Of a stretch of DNA of 64,000 bases, positions 45,455 through 58,700 are shown one piece after another. The notes under the pieces are model-generated. The model was not told the DNA's origin. It did not search any database and saw nothing but the letters and a program-made list of their open reading frames with translations. Positions within the stretch are counted from its first letter, which is position 1. Every line of letters starts with the position of its first letter. Origin of the DNA: a virus. Position numbers and translations under genes: made by a program. The stretch is from positions 32,212 to 96,211 of the IMG/VR virus record IMGVR_UViG_3300023184_002781; one strand, written 5' to 3'.

Positions 45455-45823
45455 TTATTCTATTTGTGGAATAGGATTAGATTTCCATGTTGATGTATCT
45501 TCATCCCATTCGTAGTAAAATCCTTCAACTGGATCAGGTCGTGCCACAGGTGCTACCCATGTACAAGTTTCGTCATCTAATATCCAACTAGGAAATGGTG
45601 ACGGTGAATAAAATGCATCTCTATCGCTATCATATATATAGCCAATTCCTGCATAGTTTTTTCTTAATGGGGTTCCACCTGATAAATGTTTTCCAGCTGA
45701 AGTGTTGTAACTAGTTTGTATCCAATTATCAGGAGGACCAAACATACCTGTATCAATTACATTCTGTTCGGCTACTATGACCTGTGTTACTATACCGTTT
45801 TCTACTTTTGCAAAATGCGCCAT
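45455..45823 (-). CDS. Fibre-associated small protein (122 aa)
   Basis: MAHFAK...WIQTSYN...RKNYAGIGY.YD..RDAF...PFPSW...W.APV pattern typical of phage fibre loci. Confidence 0.75.
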   Translation of the reverse strand: MAHFAKVENGIVTQVIVAEQNVIDTGMFGPPDNWIQTSYNTSAGKHLSGGTPLRKNYAGIGYIYDSDRDAFYSPSPFPSWILDDETCTWVAPVARPDPVEGFYYEWDEDTSTWKSNPIPQIE

Positions 45824-45893
45824 TTTTTACCTCGTGCGTGTATTATTTGATATTTATTAATCTAGATTTTAGTATGATTAATATTTTTGAAGA

Positions 45894-46874
45894 TTACCAA
45901 GATGTGGCTATAACTATACCTTCGCCGCCGTCACCACCGCGACCGCCGCCGGATCCAGTAAAGCCGCCGCCGCCTCCACCACCGCCGCTGCCAAAGCCTC
46001 CCTTTCCGCCTGTTCCTCCAATGTTTGAAGTAGTACCAGCAGCAGTTGCCCCCGAGCCACCGCCACCAGTTCCACCTAAATAGTAAAACATTCCACGAAA
46101 TGCTTGTGTGCCACTACTACCGGGAAACCCACCAGATGTACCATTGGCAAGGCCACCTACACCACCTATTGCTCCTAGAAATGCCCCAGCACCAGTAATT
46201 GCGCCGCCTGTTACACCAGCAGTTGATGCAGCAGCTTGGCCACCACCACCTGTGCCACCGGTAACAACTAATCCAGTGACTGGTAATGCAAGGGCAGCAA
46301 CCGCAACCGTTGTTGCACCGCCAGCACCACCAACTTGACCAATTAATGAAATTTGACTAACAACTGGCATTGTGCCAGCTGTGGCTAATCCTGCCAAAGG
46401 CGCAGCACCTATTACGTTAGCAGCACCAGCAGCGCCGCCAGTTGCAGCAGCAGAGGCAGCACCAGCAGCACCACCACCGCCGGCATTTGCTAATGCCAAC
46501 AAATTATTAAGAGTTGTACTTGGATCAATTGATACATAACTTGCAACACCAGTACCACCAGCAACACCAGTACCTGATGAGCCAGAGCCACCAAACCCTA
46601 CACTGATATATAAAATATCAGGTAATGCCCATGATGGATAAGTTAATATGCATTGACTACTACTACCACCGCCTGCACCACCACCACCTGCTCCTAAAGC
46701 ACCAGCAAAGCCACCCCCCCCACCACCACCACCAGCTAGTACAACAAATTGTACAAAGTTAATTCCTCGAGGTTTTCTCCAGGTATGCCAACCAACACCA
46801 GCTGCTGCGGCATTAGCGTTGAATATTTGTATATCATATTTAGGATTACCGGCAAGATGACTAAAATCTAACAT
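45894..46874 (-). CDS. Glycine-rich fibre-associated protein (326 aa)
   Basis: TWRKPRG...LAGGGGGG...GGEGIVIATSW. Confidence 0.8.
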   Translation of the reverse strand: MLDFSHLAGNPKYDIQIFNANAAAAGVGWHTWRKPRGINFVQFVVLAGGGGGGGGFAGALGAGGGGAGGGSSSQCILTYPSWALPDILYISVGFGGSGSSGTGVAGGTGVASYVSIDPSTTLNNLLALANAGGGGAAGAASAAATGGAAGAANVIGAAPLAGLATAGTMPVVSQISLIGQVGGAGGATTVAVAALALPVTGLVVTGGTGGGGQAAASTAGVTGGAITGAGAFLGAIGGVGGLANGTSGGFPGSSGTQAFRGMFYYLGGTGGGGSGATAAGTTSNIGGTGGKGGFGSGGGGGGGGFTGSGGGRGGDGGEGIVIATSW

Positions 46875-46877
46875 AGA

Positions 46878-47648
46878 TTAATACTTTCCGCCTATACCTG
46901 TTACATACCAACCTGTGGCCACTTGGTTACCAAATCCAACCAATACTCTATAACCAGGCGGCAATGCAAGATTCATTGGATAATCAACTTCTGCTGTAGC
47001 TGCTGTTTGAGCAATAGCAGTTGCAGGTAATGATACCTCCCCGTAGAACATATTATTAACAACATAATCACTAGGATTAGCTAATTGTGATGAAATGATG
47101 GGCAATGTTTGTGTAAATGTACTAACTGTTGAAGCAAAATAGACATATTCGCCACCAGAAACTGGGCCAGTATATAAACGATAACTAACTGCACCTATTA
47201 CTGTAGTCCACGACCAACTTATCGACCCCACACCTGTTGGCGATGTTAAGTTAACCGCCGCTGATTCAGCCGATATAGGTCCTAATCCACCCCATTGATC
47301 AATTGCTTGTACTTTACCATAGAATGTACCAGTACTTAGAAATCCACCGCTTGCGGAAGGAGTACCAGTAAGTGTAGTAGGTGCTGCTAATGGTGATAAG
47401 AGATTTAATGTACCTTCATTAATCCATATACGAGCAACAGTGGCAACGTTGGCACCGTCTGCTTTTGCCTTAAATCTTATTCTTTGTATAAATCCACCAT
47501 TGGTAAGATCTGCTGTGAATATAGGAACAACAAATGTTCCTGTACCTGCAAAATCAGCAACAGGGGAGTTAGTAGATGAGTTAACGATTAATACACCGCC
47601 CTGTATATCTCCTACTCTTGAAAAAATTGGGGATGAATTTCCAGCCAT
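46878..47648 (-). CDS. Virion/adaptor protein with FN3-like insertion (256 aa)
   Basis: MAGNSSPIF...NVATVARIWIN [LAAPTTL...SWTTVIGAVSYRLY] NN.FYGEVSLPAT...ALPPGY; TAAATA upstream. Confidence 0.7.
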   Translation of the reverse strand: MAGNSSPIFSRVGDIQGGVLIVNSSTNSPVADFAGTGTFVVPIFTADLTNGGFIQRIRFKAKADGANVATVARIWINEGTLNLLSPLAAPTTLTGTPSASGGFLSTGTFYGKVQAIDQWGGLGPISAESAAVNLTSPTGVGSISWSWTTVIGAVSYRLYTGPVSGGEYVYFASTVSTFTQTLPIISSQLANPSDYVVNNMFYGEVSLPATAIAQTAATAEVDYPMNLALPPGYRVLVGFGNQVATGWYVTGIGGKY

Positions 47649-47681
47649 TTTTAATATTCCTTAAAGTTATTAACTATATAT

Positions 47682-50600
47682 TTATGGTAAGTACCAACCA
47701 GCTGCACCAGTTATGACTGAGAAATAAGAACTTACACCCGATGCACCAACGTCGCCTTTACTACCTACAAATCCATTGTTACCAGATGGTCCCATAGCAC
47801 CTATTGAACCAGTATAGCCCACTGCACTTGTAGCAGGACCGACCCATGTCCAATCATTAGCTGCTATTTTTATCAATGTACCTACACTATATTGGGCATT
47901 TAATATAGGATAATCAGTATAACGAAGAGTTACTACTCCGGAAAATGGTGCAATTGTTACAGCGCCTGTTCCCATTTGCTGAATATCAACACGCTGTCCA
48001 ATAACAAAATTTACGTCAATATCACGCGGAATTATAACTGTGCTGCCTGATGCATTAGTTAATTCTACCAAATATCCAGCATCTCCTGCTGTTAATGTAT
48101 ATGTAGAACCTGCCTGTACATTCAATGCTTGTATAGCGTTAAATCCACCAATACTGCCAGTATAGCCAAAACTACCAGTATAGCCAAAACTACCTGTGTA
48201 TCCTGAACTACCAGAATACCCTTGACCTCCAGTTGGAACAACAAATAACCATTCATTTGAATCAGTTTTAATCAATGTCCCTAGACTATATTGAGCATTT
48301 AATATAGGATAATCTGTAGATATTATAGTAACGCCAGTGTCACCTACTACAGTAACTCCACCAGTACCTAATTGCTCTAAATCTAATCTACTTCCTATTG
48401 GAAAATTAACTAAACTTTCTGCCGGAACTGTTAGTACAATAGGGCTATTACTGTTTAATTTTATCAGATCGCCTACATCACTTAATACCAATGTATAGTT
48501 AGATGTTACTGTATTAAATTGTTGTACAGCAGTGCTAAAATTACCTTGACCACCAACACTACCTGTATATCCTGCACCAGCACTACCAGTATAACCATTC
48601 GTTAATACAAAATTAAATATAGCAAACTGATCATTACCGCTATTTGTAACTGTAGCTGTAGTTTGACTAAATGTAACTGTTCCTAGTTGTACTATAGCAG
48701 CCGTTCCAGTGCTACCTGTATATCCAGAACCACCAGTTCTTGAAAAAGCTACGCTCAATGGCTCTAAATTATAAATTGCACCACTAGTAGCAGTATTACC
48801 TGACAGATATTCAACACTTATTGTATAATATGTTGTGTTATTTGTGGCAGTAATTACGTTGAATACATTGGTAAACGTATTAATATTAGAACCATGACTA
48901 ACTAATAACTGCCCTTTAGGTGTGCTAGAATTGTTTGCTGGCGAAATTTGTGCTAACCAACCAGCTAAATTTATTCCATTTACATCGTTGTTGTTTATAT
49001 ATAATTCAGTAATACTGGTAATAATATTATTATTGTATCTAATACTACCGTTTGCTGTTATACCCGGATCTGTAGTAGTAGCATCAAAATAATAATTTAG
49101 TCCGCCCTTGGTACCTTGACTACCAGTATAACCTTTACTACCCCAATATCCCTGATCACCATTATCACCTTTTATACCCTGACTACCGACATATCCTATT
49201 GATCCCATGGGACCTGGATCACCTAGTTCTCCTTGACTACCGGTGTATCCAATACTACCAGTCCAACCTATAATATTTCCAATATCTAACCATGTATATC
49301 CGTTCCATACCCACATATGACCACTATCGGTAGTAACATATGTATCGTTAAATGCACCTGTATAGCCATCTGGATACCCTGGCAATAAAGTAGATGTTGA
49401 AGTTGTTCCCTTAATAATAACACTGGTACCTGTACTACCTTGGCTACCTGTATAACCTAATTGTCCCACGAATCCACTAGCAGATATTTCTATCCATTGA
49501 TAACTATCAGCATCTTGTGTATAAACAAGTTCAATACCGTAGGTAGTGTTAAACCAACGATCTCCCACAACTGGATCTGCGGGTGGGTAGGCAGAATATG
49601 TATAAGAGCTCTCACCTTTATCGCCTTGGCTTCCTGTATATCCAATACTACCTGTATAACCACTAGCTGTACTAGCACTACCAGTATAACCTTCACTACC
49701 GGTATAACCTTGACTGCCGGTATAACCTTGACTGCCAGTCCATCCATCTATACCTATAGTACCAGCACTACCTGTATAACCAGCACTACCAGCATAACCA
49801 ACAAATTGTCCAACTGGAATCCATGATGTTCCATCCCAAACATTTAAATAGCCGTTGTCTGAAGTTATATAGCCATCGCCAATGGATCCTGAATAAGTCA
49901 TCGGTGTTGGAGGAGTTTGATATCCTGGCAATAAATTATAAGTTGATGTACTACCTACAATTACAACACTGGTGCCAGCTGGTCCTTGACTACCGGAATA
50001 TCCCACACTACCTGTATATCCAGTTTCTGTACTAGCACTACCTGTAAAACCAATACCTGTGGCTCCCTGAGGTCCTGTTGGTCCCTGAATACCTTGCGTA
50101 CCAGTACTACCAGTGAAACCAATTACACCTTGTGTACCTGTTGAACCAGTGAATCCTCGATTTCCTTGTGGGCCCGTATCGCCTGCACTACCTGTATAAC
50201 CCTGACTACCTGTATATGCTCTACTACCAGTATAACCTTCACTTCCAGTGTAGCCAACACCTTTTTCTTGTCCATTTATAAATATGGTGCCTGAAATATT
50301 AATTATGCCGCCAACATTCAAATCGCCTTTAATTCCAACTCCACCCAGTACTTGTAATGCACCTGTTGTAGAATTGGTAGAAGTAGTAGTGTTATAAATC
50401 TTAACACCTGCTGTACTCATACTCATTACATGAGTACCGGTAGTGGCACCAAAGTCAGCAGTAGTACCCGGCAATACTGTACCATCTGTCCAGAATTCAA
50501 TAGTTGTTCCAGTATTAGCTGTAGCAATAACTAAATTTTTACCTTTATTAATAAGGTATCCGTCATTTATTGTTGTTATTCCAAAATCCGGAGTTGAATA

Positions 50601-53600
50601 GTTACTATTGTTAATGCCAAGATTTATATAGTAGTTAGAATCAGTACCAATGTTGTTGGTTAATACTAAATCAGTACTAGCAAAAACTTCTGTGCTAATA
50701 TTTTGTATATTAACTTGTAAAGAATCATTAACATTACCGGTGACTTGTAAAGGTACATTAGGTAATAAAGTCTCATTTAATCTTGCACCAATTTTTACTT
50801 TGTCTGATACATTTAGATTACCGCCAACACCAACACTACCTTCGACAGTTAATGCACCTGTATTAGTAGAAGTTGTATTTGTAACGTTAGTGATTGATAT
50901 AGCATTATTAGTTGTAGCACCCCTATTAGTGATTGTTTGTAATGTACTAGTATTCCATATTGTGATAGCACCAGTACTACTGCTGATTGCAGTATCAGTA
51001 CCTGCTGTTATTGTAGTAGAAACAATACTTTGATCACTTGAATAAATTCTACCACCAACATATAAATCGCCGCCAATACCGGCTCCACCTATAACTACTA
51101 ACGATCCAGTACTAGTTGATGTTGCTTGTGTGCTACTACTAATAATAATTGCACCCGGAACAGTACCTCCTAAGAAAGAAGCAGCATAGTTTCCAATGGT
51201 TGCAGTTGTTATAATTTGAGCGCCTGCAACAAAAGAAGTAGTTCCTATATAAGCAGCACCACCAATACCAACACCACCAGCAACTATCAATGCACCTGTA
51301 TCAGTTGATGTACTACTAGTAATATTGGTAATATTAACTACTAATTCTGTTGTACCTGTAAAACTACCTTTACTACCAGTGAATCCAATTACACCTTGCG
51401 TACCTGTTGAACCAGTGAATCCAATTACACCTTGCGTACCTGTTGAACCAGTGAATCCAATTACACCTTGCGTACCTGTTGAACCAGTGAATCCAATTAC
51501 ACCTTGCGTACCTGTTGAACCAGTGAAACCAATTTCACCTTGAGTACCTGTTGAACCAGTAAAGCCGATCTCACCTTGAGTACCTGTGCTACCAGTGAAG
51601 CCAATTTCACCTTGGGTACCAGTACTACCAGTGAAACCAGTAATACCTTGGGTACCGGTTGAACCAGTATAACCAATTACACCCTGGGTACCAGTTGAAC
51701 CTGTGTAACCGATATTACCTTGAGTACCAGTACTACCAACAAAACCAGTAGTACCTTGAGCACCAGTAGCACCACGGGGTCCTTGGCTACCCTGACTACT
51801 CTTTTCTAAAGCAACATAATCAATCCATGTTCTATGTGCTGTATTGCCGAAACTAACGTGGTTAATTCTAGCTGTAACATTACCACTAGATATATAAGGT
51901 GCTGAATCAATAGTACCTAGTATAAACTCAAACCATCCTGTAGAACCAGAGAATGTAGTAAATGTGTCCCATTGATTTTGAACGTAATTGTATAACTCAA
52001 TTTGTTGGGTATGCCCTGAATTTTGAGTATAGTTAATATTCAATACAATACGATTGAAATCTGTTATACCACTAAATCCAATATAAACAATAAAGCCCGG
52101 TGCACCGCTAGCATCGTGAATACTATAATACCCAGTATTAGTTCCAGTATTATAATCGTTAAATGTCCAAATATCAGTTACACCACCAAAATCATAAGTC
52201 CCATAAACGGTTGTAGTATTAGCAATTGTAGTTAGTCCAGCTACGCTTCCTGGATTATTGGTAATATATGTAGCAGTATGTGTAACTGTTTCTAAATCAA
52301 CGGCAGTTAAAATTCTTGAACCAGCAATATAGCTAGTAGTTGCAACATTTAACCTACCACCGATACCAACTCCCCCATCGACTACTAATGCACCTGTATT
52401 AGTTGATGTTGAATCTGTGGTATTAGTAATTCTTATTGCGTTAGTAGTAGTGGAACCTCTATTAGTAATACTTTGTAATGTACTGGTATTCCAAATATAA
52501 ATGGATGTACCTGAATTAGCACTAACTGCTGTATCAGTACCTGCATAAATTGCAGTTTGATTTGCATATTGATTAATGGTAGCAGTGGATAATAGTTGTG
52601 CTCCATTTTGATATAATGTTCCACCTACATATAAATCTCCACCAATACCAACTCCCCCATCGACTACTAATGCACCTGTATTAGTTGATGTTGAATCTGT
52701 GGTATTAGTAATTCTTATTGCGTTAGTAGTAGTGGAACCTCTATTAGTAATACTTTGTAATGTACTGGTATTCCAAATATAAATGGATGTACCTGAATTA
52801 GCACTAACTGCTGTATCAGTACCTGCATAAATTGCAGTTTGATTTGCATATTGATTAATGGTAGCAGTAGATAGTATTTCGGCGCCATTTTGATATACTG
52901 TGCCACCGATGTACAAATCTCCACCAATGCCAACACCACCTACTATTTGTAAAGCACCTGAATTAGTTGAAGTTGCATTTGAAGTATTAGTAATTAAAAT
53001 TATATTAGTAGTTGAATTTCCTCTATTAGTAATACTTTGTAATGTACTGGTATTCCAAATATAAATGGATGTACCTGAATTAGCACTAACTGCGGTATCA
53101 GTACCTGCATAAATTGCAGTTTGATTTGCAAATTGATTAACAGTAGATGTAGTAATTACCTTCTGACCATGCGTATAAATGTCGCCGCCTATCCAGGCAT
53201 CTAAACCGATTCCTAGACCTCCGCGTACTACTAATGCACCTGTTTCGGTTGATATAGATTGGGTAGTTGCTGTATTGAAAATAGCAGTAACGTAATTAGA
53301 GTTAGTGCCGGCTACTACAATTTTAACACTAGTTTGACTCGACAATGTACCTATTACCAAATGTCCAACTGTTGGAAACTCACTATCACCAACTAACAAA
53401 TATCCATCATTGGGTCCTAAGTTGTCTGCAAACGTATTAGGAGCAGTTCCGTCCCACCCACTGCTGGTAATACCCATATTAATAAATGCACTTGATTCAG
53501 TAACATTATCCGCTGATGCTACAATATCTGTACTGGCCCAATTACCTGAATTAATATTCTGTACATTAATTTCCATGTAATCATTAAGATCACCTGTAAA

Positions 53601-55403
53601 TTGAGCCATTGTTTGTGCAAATGGAGTATAACCAAGAACACCAGCATATAATGCACCACTACCACTGGCATCACCATAGAATGTACCACTGTTTGCAGAT
53701 AGTACATTTAATGTTATGTTAGTACCAGTAATATAACCACTAACATTTAAATTACCATGTAGATATCCATCACCGTTGATATTAAAACCGCTATCACCAC
53801 CGATACCACCTGCAACATATAAAGCATTGGAAGAGAATGAAGATGTACTGGTAAGAGTATTATCAATTCTAATAGCATGGCTAGTTGTGTTACCTCTACT
53901 AGTTACACTTTCTAAAGTACTGGTATTCCAAATTGTAACATTGCCGGTACTGGTGCTTACTGCTGTATCTGTACCCGCTGTAATAATAGTTTTAGATGCA
54001 TAGTCATTAACTGTAGAAGTAGTTATTACTTTCTGACCTTTCGTATAAACATCACCGCCTACCCATAAATCTAAACCAATACCAACACCACCGGCAACTT
54101 GCAAAGCACCCGATGTAGTATTTGTTGCATCAGTAGTATTAGATGTTTGAATAATGTCATCTGTTTTAATCAGTATAGTAGTGATTGTTGTATATTCAAT
54201 AGTTAATTTTTGTGCAACAATTTGACCACCTACATATAAGTCGCCACCGATGCCAACACCACCGGCAACTTGTAAAGCACCTGAATTAGTTGATGATGCA
54301 GATGAACTATTAGAAATAGTATATGCACCAGTACTTAATGCTAATGCTACTCCTGCGGTATCAGCATATGTGCTAGAAGATGCTTGTACTGCATTGGCAA
54401 CCAACGTACCAGTGTTGAAACTTAATGCAAATCCAGAAGTAGTGGCAAAATTAGATGTTGTGGCACTAGCTGCATTGGCAACCAACGTACCAGTGTTGAA
54501 ACTTAATGCAAATCCAGAAGTAGTGGCAAAATTAGATGTTGTGGCACTAGCTGCATTGGCAACCAACGTACTAGTGTTGAAACTTAATGCAAATCCAGAA
54601 GTAGTGGCAAAATTAGATGTTGTGGCACTAACTGCATTGGCAACCAATGTACCGGTATTGAAACTTAACGCAAATCCAGAAGTAGTAGCAAAATTAGATG
54701 TTGTGGCACTAACTGCATTAGCAACCAATGTACTGGTATTAAAACTTAATGCAAATCCAGAAGTAGTAGCAAAATTAGATGTTGTAGCTGTATCAGCTAA
54801 AACTGCATTGGCAACCAACGTACCAGTGTTGAAACTTAATGCAAATCCAGAAGTAGTAGCAAAATTAGATGTTGTGGCACTAACTGCATTAGCAACCAAT
54901 GTACTGGTATTAAAACTTAATGCAAATCCAGAAGTAGTAGCAAAATTAGATGTTGTAGCTGTATCAGCTAAAACTGCATGTGCTACCAACGTACCAGTAT
55001 TAAAATTTAGTGCATAGGTAGCAGTATTAGCAAATTCTGCAAGTGTAGAAGTAGTTGCAAGTCCAGTGAATGATCCAATAAATGTTCCAGCAGTTACGGA
55101 TCCTGTGACTTTTACATCTCCGCCAATAATTGCACCACCATCTAATATCAATGATGAGGTTGATGTATTAGCTATTATTAATGTACCAGTAACAGTATTA
55201 ACACCAATTAGAGTAGCATTAGTTATTGTATTAGACCAAACTCTTGTACCATCATTATATCCAACTAATAATTGACCGTCACTTGTAGGTAATCCCAAAT
55301 CTGGCTCAGCTTGACTTATATCTAAATATTCGTAGCGATCTGCGGTGAGATTACCACCGGTTAATTTCTTTATCTTACCGCTGAATAATCTACTTTTACT
55401 CAT
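47682..55403 (-). CDS. Long mosaic fibre protein, 2573 aa, with collagen-like segments and multiple repeat families
   Basis: 27/30-aa repeats, GALxVxGGVGIGG modules, [12 protein letters not shown] collagen, two C-terminal YTL...FxIG...W domains. Confidence 0.88.
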   Translation of the reverse strand: MSKSRLFSGKIKKLTGGNLTADRYEYLDISQAEPDLGLPTSDGQLLVGYNDGTRVWSNTITNATLIGVNTVTGTLIIANTSTSSLILDGGAIIGGDVKVTGSVTAGTFIGSFTGLATTSTLAEFANTATYALNFNTGTLVAHAVLADTATTSNFATTSGFALSFNTSTLVANAVSATTSNFATTSGFALSFNTGTLVANAVLADTATTSNFATTSGFALSFNTSTLVANAVSATTSNFATTSGFALSFNTGTLVANAVSATTSNFATTSGFALSFNTSTLVANAASATTSNFATTSGFALSFNTGTLVANAASATTSNFATTSGFALSFNTGTLVANAVQASSSTYADTAGVALALSTGAYTISNSSSASSTNSGALQVAGGVGIGGDLYVGGQIVAQKLTIEYTTITTILIKTDDIIQTSNTTDATNTTSGALQVAGGVGIGLDLWVGGDVYTKGQKVITTSTVNDYASKTIITAGTDTAVSTSTGNVTIWNTSTLESVTSRGNTTSHAIRIDNTLTSTSSFSSNALYVAGGIGGDSGFNINGDGYLHGNLNVSGYITGTNITLNVLSANSGTFYGDASGSGALYAGVLGYTPFAQTMAQFTGDLNDYMEINVQNINSGNWASTDIVASADNVTESSAFINMGITSSGWDGTAPNTFADNLGPNDGYLLVGDSEFPTVGHLVIGTLSSQTSVKIVVAGTNSNYVTAIFNTATTQSISTETGALVVRGGLGIGLDAWIGGDIYTHGQKVITTSTVNQFANQTAIYAGTDTAVSANSGTSIYIWNTSTLQSITNRGNSTTNIILITNTSNATSTNSGALQIVGGVGIGGDLYIGGTVYQNGAEILSTATINQYANQTAIYAGTDTAVSANSGTSIYIWNTSTLQSITNRGSTTTNAIRITNTTDSTSTNTGALVVDGGVGIGGDLYVGGTLYQNGAQLLSTATINQYANQTAIYAGTDTAVSANSGTSIYIWNTSTLQSITNRGSTTTNAIRITNTTDSTSTNTGALVVDGGVGIGGRLNVATTSYIAGSRILTAVDLETVTHTATYITNNPGSVAGLTTIANTTTVYGTYDFGGVTDIWTFNDYNTGTNTGYYSIHDASGAPGFIVYIGFSGITDFNRIVLNINYTQNSGHTQQIELYNYVQNQWDTFTTFSGSTGWFEFILGTIDSAPYISSGNVTARINHVSFGNTAHRTWIDYVALEKSSQGSQGPRGATGAQGTTGFVGSTGTQGNIGYTGSTGTQGVIGYTGSTGTQGITGFTGSTGTQGEIGFTGSTGTQGEIGFTGSTGTQGEIGFTGSTGTQGVIGFTGSTGTQGVIGFTGSTGTQGVIGFTGSTGTQGVIGFTGSKGSFTGTTELVVNITNITSSTSTDTGALIVAGGVGIGGAAYIGTTSFVAGAQIITTATIGNYAASFLGGTVPGAIIISSSTQATSTSTGSLVVIGGAGIGGDLYVGGRIYSSDQSIVSTTITAGTDTAISSSTGAITIWNTSTLQTITNRGATTNNAISITNVTNTTSTNTGALTVEGSVGVGGNLNVSDKVKIGARLNETLLPNVPLQVTGNVNDSLQVNIQNISTEVFASTDLVLTNNIGTDSNYYINLGINNSNYSTPDFGITTINDGYLINKGKNLVIATANTGTTIEFWTDGTVLPGTTADFGATTGTHVMSMSTAGVKIYNTTTSTNSTTGALQVLGGVGIKGDLNVGGIINISGTIFINGQEKGVGYTGSEGYTGSRAYTGSQGYTGSAGDTGPQGNRGFTGSTGTQGVIGFTGSTGTQGIQGPTGPQGATGIGFTGSASTETGYTGSVGYSGSQGPAGTSVVIVGSTSTYNLLPGYQTPPTPMTYSGSIGDGYITSDNGYLNVWDGTSWIPVGQFVGYAGSAGYTGSAGTIGIDGWTGSQGYTGSQGYTGSEGYTGSASTASGYTGSIGYTGSQGDKGESSYTYSAYPPADPVVGDRWFNTTYGIELVYTQDADSYQWIEISASGFVGQLGYTGSQGSTGTSVIIKGTTSTSTLLPGYPDGYTGAFNDTYVTTDSGHMWVWNGYTWLDIGNIIGWTGSIGYTGSQGELGDPGPMGSIGYVGSQGIKGDNGDQGYWGSKGYTGSQGTKGGLNYYFDATTTDPGITANGSIRYNNNIITSITELYINNNDVNGINLAGWLAQISPANNSSTPKGQLLVSHGSNINTFTNVFNVITATNNTTYYTISVEYLSGNTATSGAIYNLEPLSVAFSRTGGSGYTGSTGTAAIVQLGTVTFSQTTATVTNSGNDQFAIFNFVLTNGYTGSAGAGYTGSVGGQGNFSTAVQQFNTVTSNYTLVLSDVGDLIKLNSNSPIVLTVPAESLVNFPIGSRLDLEQLGTGGVTVVGDTGVTIISTDYPILNAQYSLGTLIKTDSNEWLFVVPTGGQGYSGSSGYTGSFGYTGSFGYTGSIGGFNAIQALNVQAGSTYTLTAGDAGYLVELTNASGSTVIIPRDIDVNFVIGQRVDIQQMGTGAVTIAPFSGVVTLRYTDYPILNAQYSVGTLIKIAANDWTWVGPATSAVGYTGSIGAMGPSGNNGFVGSKGDVGASGVSSYFSVITGAAGWYLP
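51365..51800 (-). repeat. 36-bp collagen-coding tandem repeat ([12 protein letters not shown])
   Basis: About 11 units visible; same unit as the 58920-64000 gene. Confidence 0.9.
52360..53150 (-). repeat. 282-bp (94-aa) triplicated module
   Basis: cctgcataaattgcagtttgatttgca recurs near 52540, 52822 and 53104. Confidence 0.9.
54390..55010 (-). repeat. 81/90-bp tandem repeat ([17 protein letters not shown][SG]TLVANAxxA) x7
   Basis: Seven near-identical units counted in the translation. Confidence 0.92.
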
Positions 55404-55737
55404 TGCTGGTTTCTAATATGCTTAAAACTAGATTGACACTATTATTTGCGCCGGCGCTAGCGGTCACACTTGCACCAGATTCGATTACTAATTTTCCTGT
55501 AGTAACTTCACACGCATCGTTTGCAGGTATTTCAAAATCTTTAAGCATAACAAATTCAGTAGCATTTTTTACTAATGTAAATTTTACAGTAACTGGACCT
55601 GCACTAATATTAGTCGCCTGAGCTCCTAATACAATAGTAGTAATAGCATCAGGAGTTTCATAGATTGTTTGAGTGCTTGTAGTTAATTCAAATGCTTTTG
55701 TTTTAAACGAATTTAACGGTAACGTTGCGGTTGCCAT
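55396..55737 (-). CDS. Small beta-rich virion/adaptor protein (113 aa)
   Basis: LPLNSFKT...[10 protein letters not shown]...IPANDA...KLVIE...LSILET. Confidence 0.75.
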   Translation of the reverse strand: MATATLPLNSFKTKAFELTTSTQTIYETPDAITTIVLGAQATNISAGPVTVKFTLVKNATEFVMLKDFEIPANDACEVTTGKLVIESGASVTASAGANNSVNLVLSILETSNE

Positions 55738-55740
55738 ATT

Positions 55741-58700
55741 TTATGCTCCAATTGCTAATATATACGGTGTCATAACCGCAAACAGACTTTTTGTAAATGT
55801 TCTTCCGGAAATTGTTCCTATGTTGTTATTTATAACCAAGTCATTACCAATTCTAAAATCGCCTTTTTGGTCTGTTCCTGTGTAATAAACTTTACCACCA
55901 TTAATAGCAACTGCCTGATTTTCAGTAATAGGTTCTCCACCTAGATATGGTAATGCTGCGTTAATATTCGTACCTGCTCCAATCCATTCAAAATTATGTG
56001 CAGAACTTTGTATTAAACTATATTGATGGAATGTTACAGGTGTATTATCAAAAGTAAATGGAATAGGTTGTTGTAGAGTAACTGTACTTGAATAAGCATT
56101 TTCCACAATATTAGCAACTATATCTACCAATCCCTGTGCTCTATTAGAATCGTCTTGAAGGCCTGCATTATTAGTTGTATCTTGTGATATAGTTACCTGT
56201 AATGGTGTTATAATATTTTTTAATACAACATCATCAATAATAGTTTTAATAAAATCATAAGCAGCAATAGTTGCTAATTTTTCAGTATCTGCAATTCTAA
56301 ATACTGCACCGTCATAATATGAATCAGCAGCATCGGCAGTTTGACTATTACCATTATATAGCATATCGTAACTCACCGCATCTATAATATATCCCACATC
56401 ACGCTTACATGTAGCAGTACTATAAACTACTCCCACATAACTAGTATTAATAAAAGCTACTGTTTCTGCTTGTATAAATGCTCTATTGTTCAATAATAAA
56501 TTAAATGAATTTATAACACTTTGAGTACCATTAGGTATCAATCCAATTGGTACATGTAGAGGAGCCACAGTTGGTCCATTGTTAATAATATTTGTTATTG
56601 TAGAAATTTTATTATTAATTAAAAATACTTCTGCATTTGTTCCAGTTGAAGCATCTATGTATTGAGATACTACTGTTTGATACGGATTAGTTACTGCAAC
56701 TCCTGTAACTAATTTTCTTGATAAATCTTTTACAAAATTATATGCTGCTGTAGTTTGAGGAATTTCATTTGTAATAACAGTAGCAGTAGAATCTGTATTA
56801 TAATCATAATAATATACAGCGCTCATTATGCTTTGTCTATTGCCGCCGTGTAACAGATCAAATGATATACTGTCTATAATATATCCTACATCTCTATAAC
56901 ATGTAGAAGTACTATAAGTAAAATCTGGGTAGTTTGTGTTTATCCAGTTAATTGTATCATTTTGTATAGAAACTTTTGCTGCTAGTATAGCACCATATGC
57001 AGTATTTATATTAACGTTAACAGATGCAAAACTATTGGGAATAATTCTATCAGTAACACCTGATGTTCCTGTATTTAAAATATCTATAAGTGTATTAAAA
57101 TTATCAATTACTATATCTCTTGGAGTTGCACCGCCATTTGAATTAGCAATATCACTCACTTGATCTCTCACATACGCAATAGCCGCTGTAGTAGTTGTTA
57201 ATTCATTAACAATATCTCCAACATAGCCAGTTTGGCTCCAATATTGTAATCCTGCAAATGCACTTTGACTTGTCCCGCCATACAATAGATCAAATGCTAT
57301 GCTATCAACAATGAGTCCTGTATCTCTGTGACAAGTTGCAGTGTTGTAGGTAAATCCACTTACATAAGCTACTGTTTCTTCTGCGATAAATTCTCTATTA
57401 GCTTGCAATTGCAATACTGCATTTTGAGTATATACAGACGAAGTTGTAGGAGGATTAAAATCATAGCTAGGTGTAACTCCTAGTCCGTTTTGCATAATGT
57501 TTAATATTATATCAAATAGCCCGGATAATCTAGTGTATGCAGTAGTTGCAGGTGTAAGTAATGTTAAAGTTTTAGTTTTTAGAAAAGTTACAGCATTTAA
57601 TGTTTCAGTTAATTGATCAGTGACCACTGTAGAAGATGCTGCTCTATAATAACTTGTACCTGCTTTTATACTTTGATAATTTGTATTCAAAACCATATCA
57701 TAACATACAGCTTCTAAAATATTTCCAACATCTCTACTGCATTTAAATTGATTAAAATCAAATCCTGGAAATGTTTCTAAAATATGTTTAATAGTTAAAA
57801 CTTGTAGTTTTGATTTTTCATTAAGTACAGTTTGTCTAGCATTTCTTAATCCTGCATCTTCTCCGGAAAGATCAGGATATGCTATAGTGACATTGCCTGT
57901 TTTAAATGCAGTACTAGCAGAAATTGTATAATAATCTCCATTACCAAAACTCACAGCATCACCTATACTAGGTTTAGTAGTTAAATTATCTATAACCAGT
58001 GTTCTACCACTAGTATTTCCAACTAAATTACCTGTGTATTTTGTAGCACCAACACCGTCTGAATATAATGCATAATTACCAAAACTGCTATTACTATTAG
58101 TAATAGAACAATTACCGCCGGACTCACATAAAATACCTATATTGCAGCAGATTGTAAAAACAGAAACAAGCTGTGTATATCCACTGTTAAGCATATGGAC
58201 ACCAATGCCACCTTGATTGTATTGTGTAAATGCATCTACAACCATACTCTTAGTGCCCAATGCGTGATCACCATCAACACGCATACCTGTACCGTCTGTG
58301 GTCATACTTGTACAGTTTTGTACATATGGACTTGTAGAAATAACGCCAGCACTACCATCTGGATTAAAAGCTATTGCTGCTGCCGGAGATTCATGATCCT
58401 TAAATGTCATGTGTGCAATATATACACCGTTATTAACATAGAATATATCGTTAGTGGAGGTAGTGGATCTAACAGTTACAGATCTTAAATTATCACCAAC
58501 AATTGACACAAAGTCCGGTACTGTAATGGGAGTATTTTCAATATAATCGCCGCTTTTGACAAAAATAGTAGTACCTGTACTAGCTGACGCTACTGCTGAT
58601 GCAATGGTAAGTTTAGTACTAGCTAATGTACGTCCATCATTTACATCATTTCCGCTTTTACTAACGTAGATAACATTAGAAACAGCCATGCTTAGTGTAG

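Noticed and set aside
54250-55017. 255-aa plus-strand ORF and other antisense/alternate-frame ORFs in the track
   Set aside because: Shadows of repetitive, codon-biased minus-strand genes with no expression signals.
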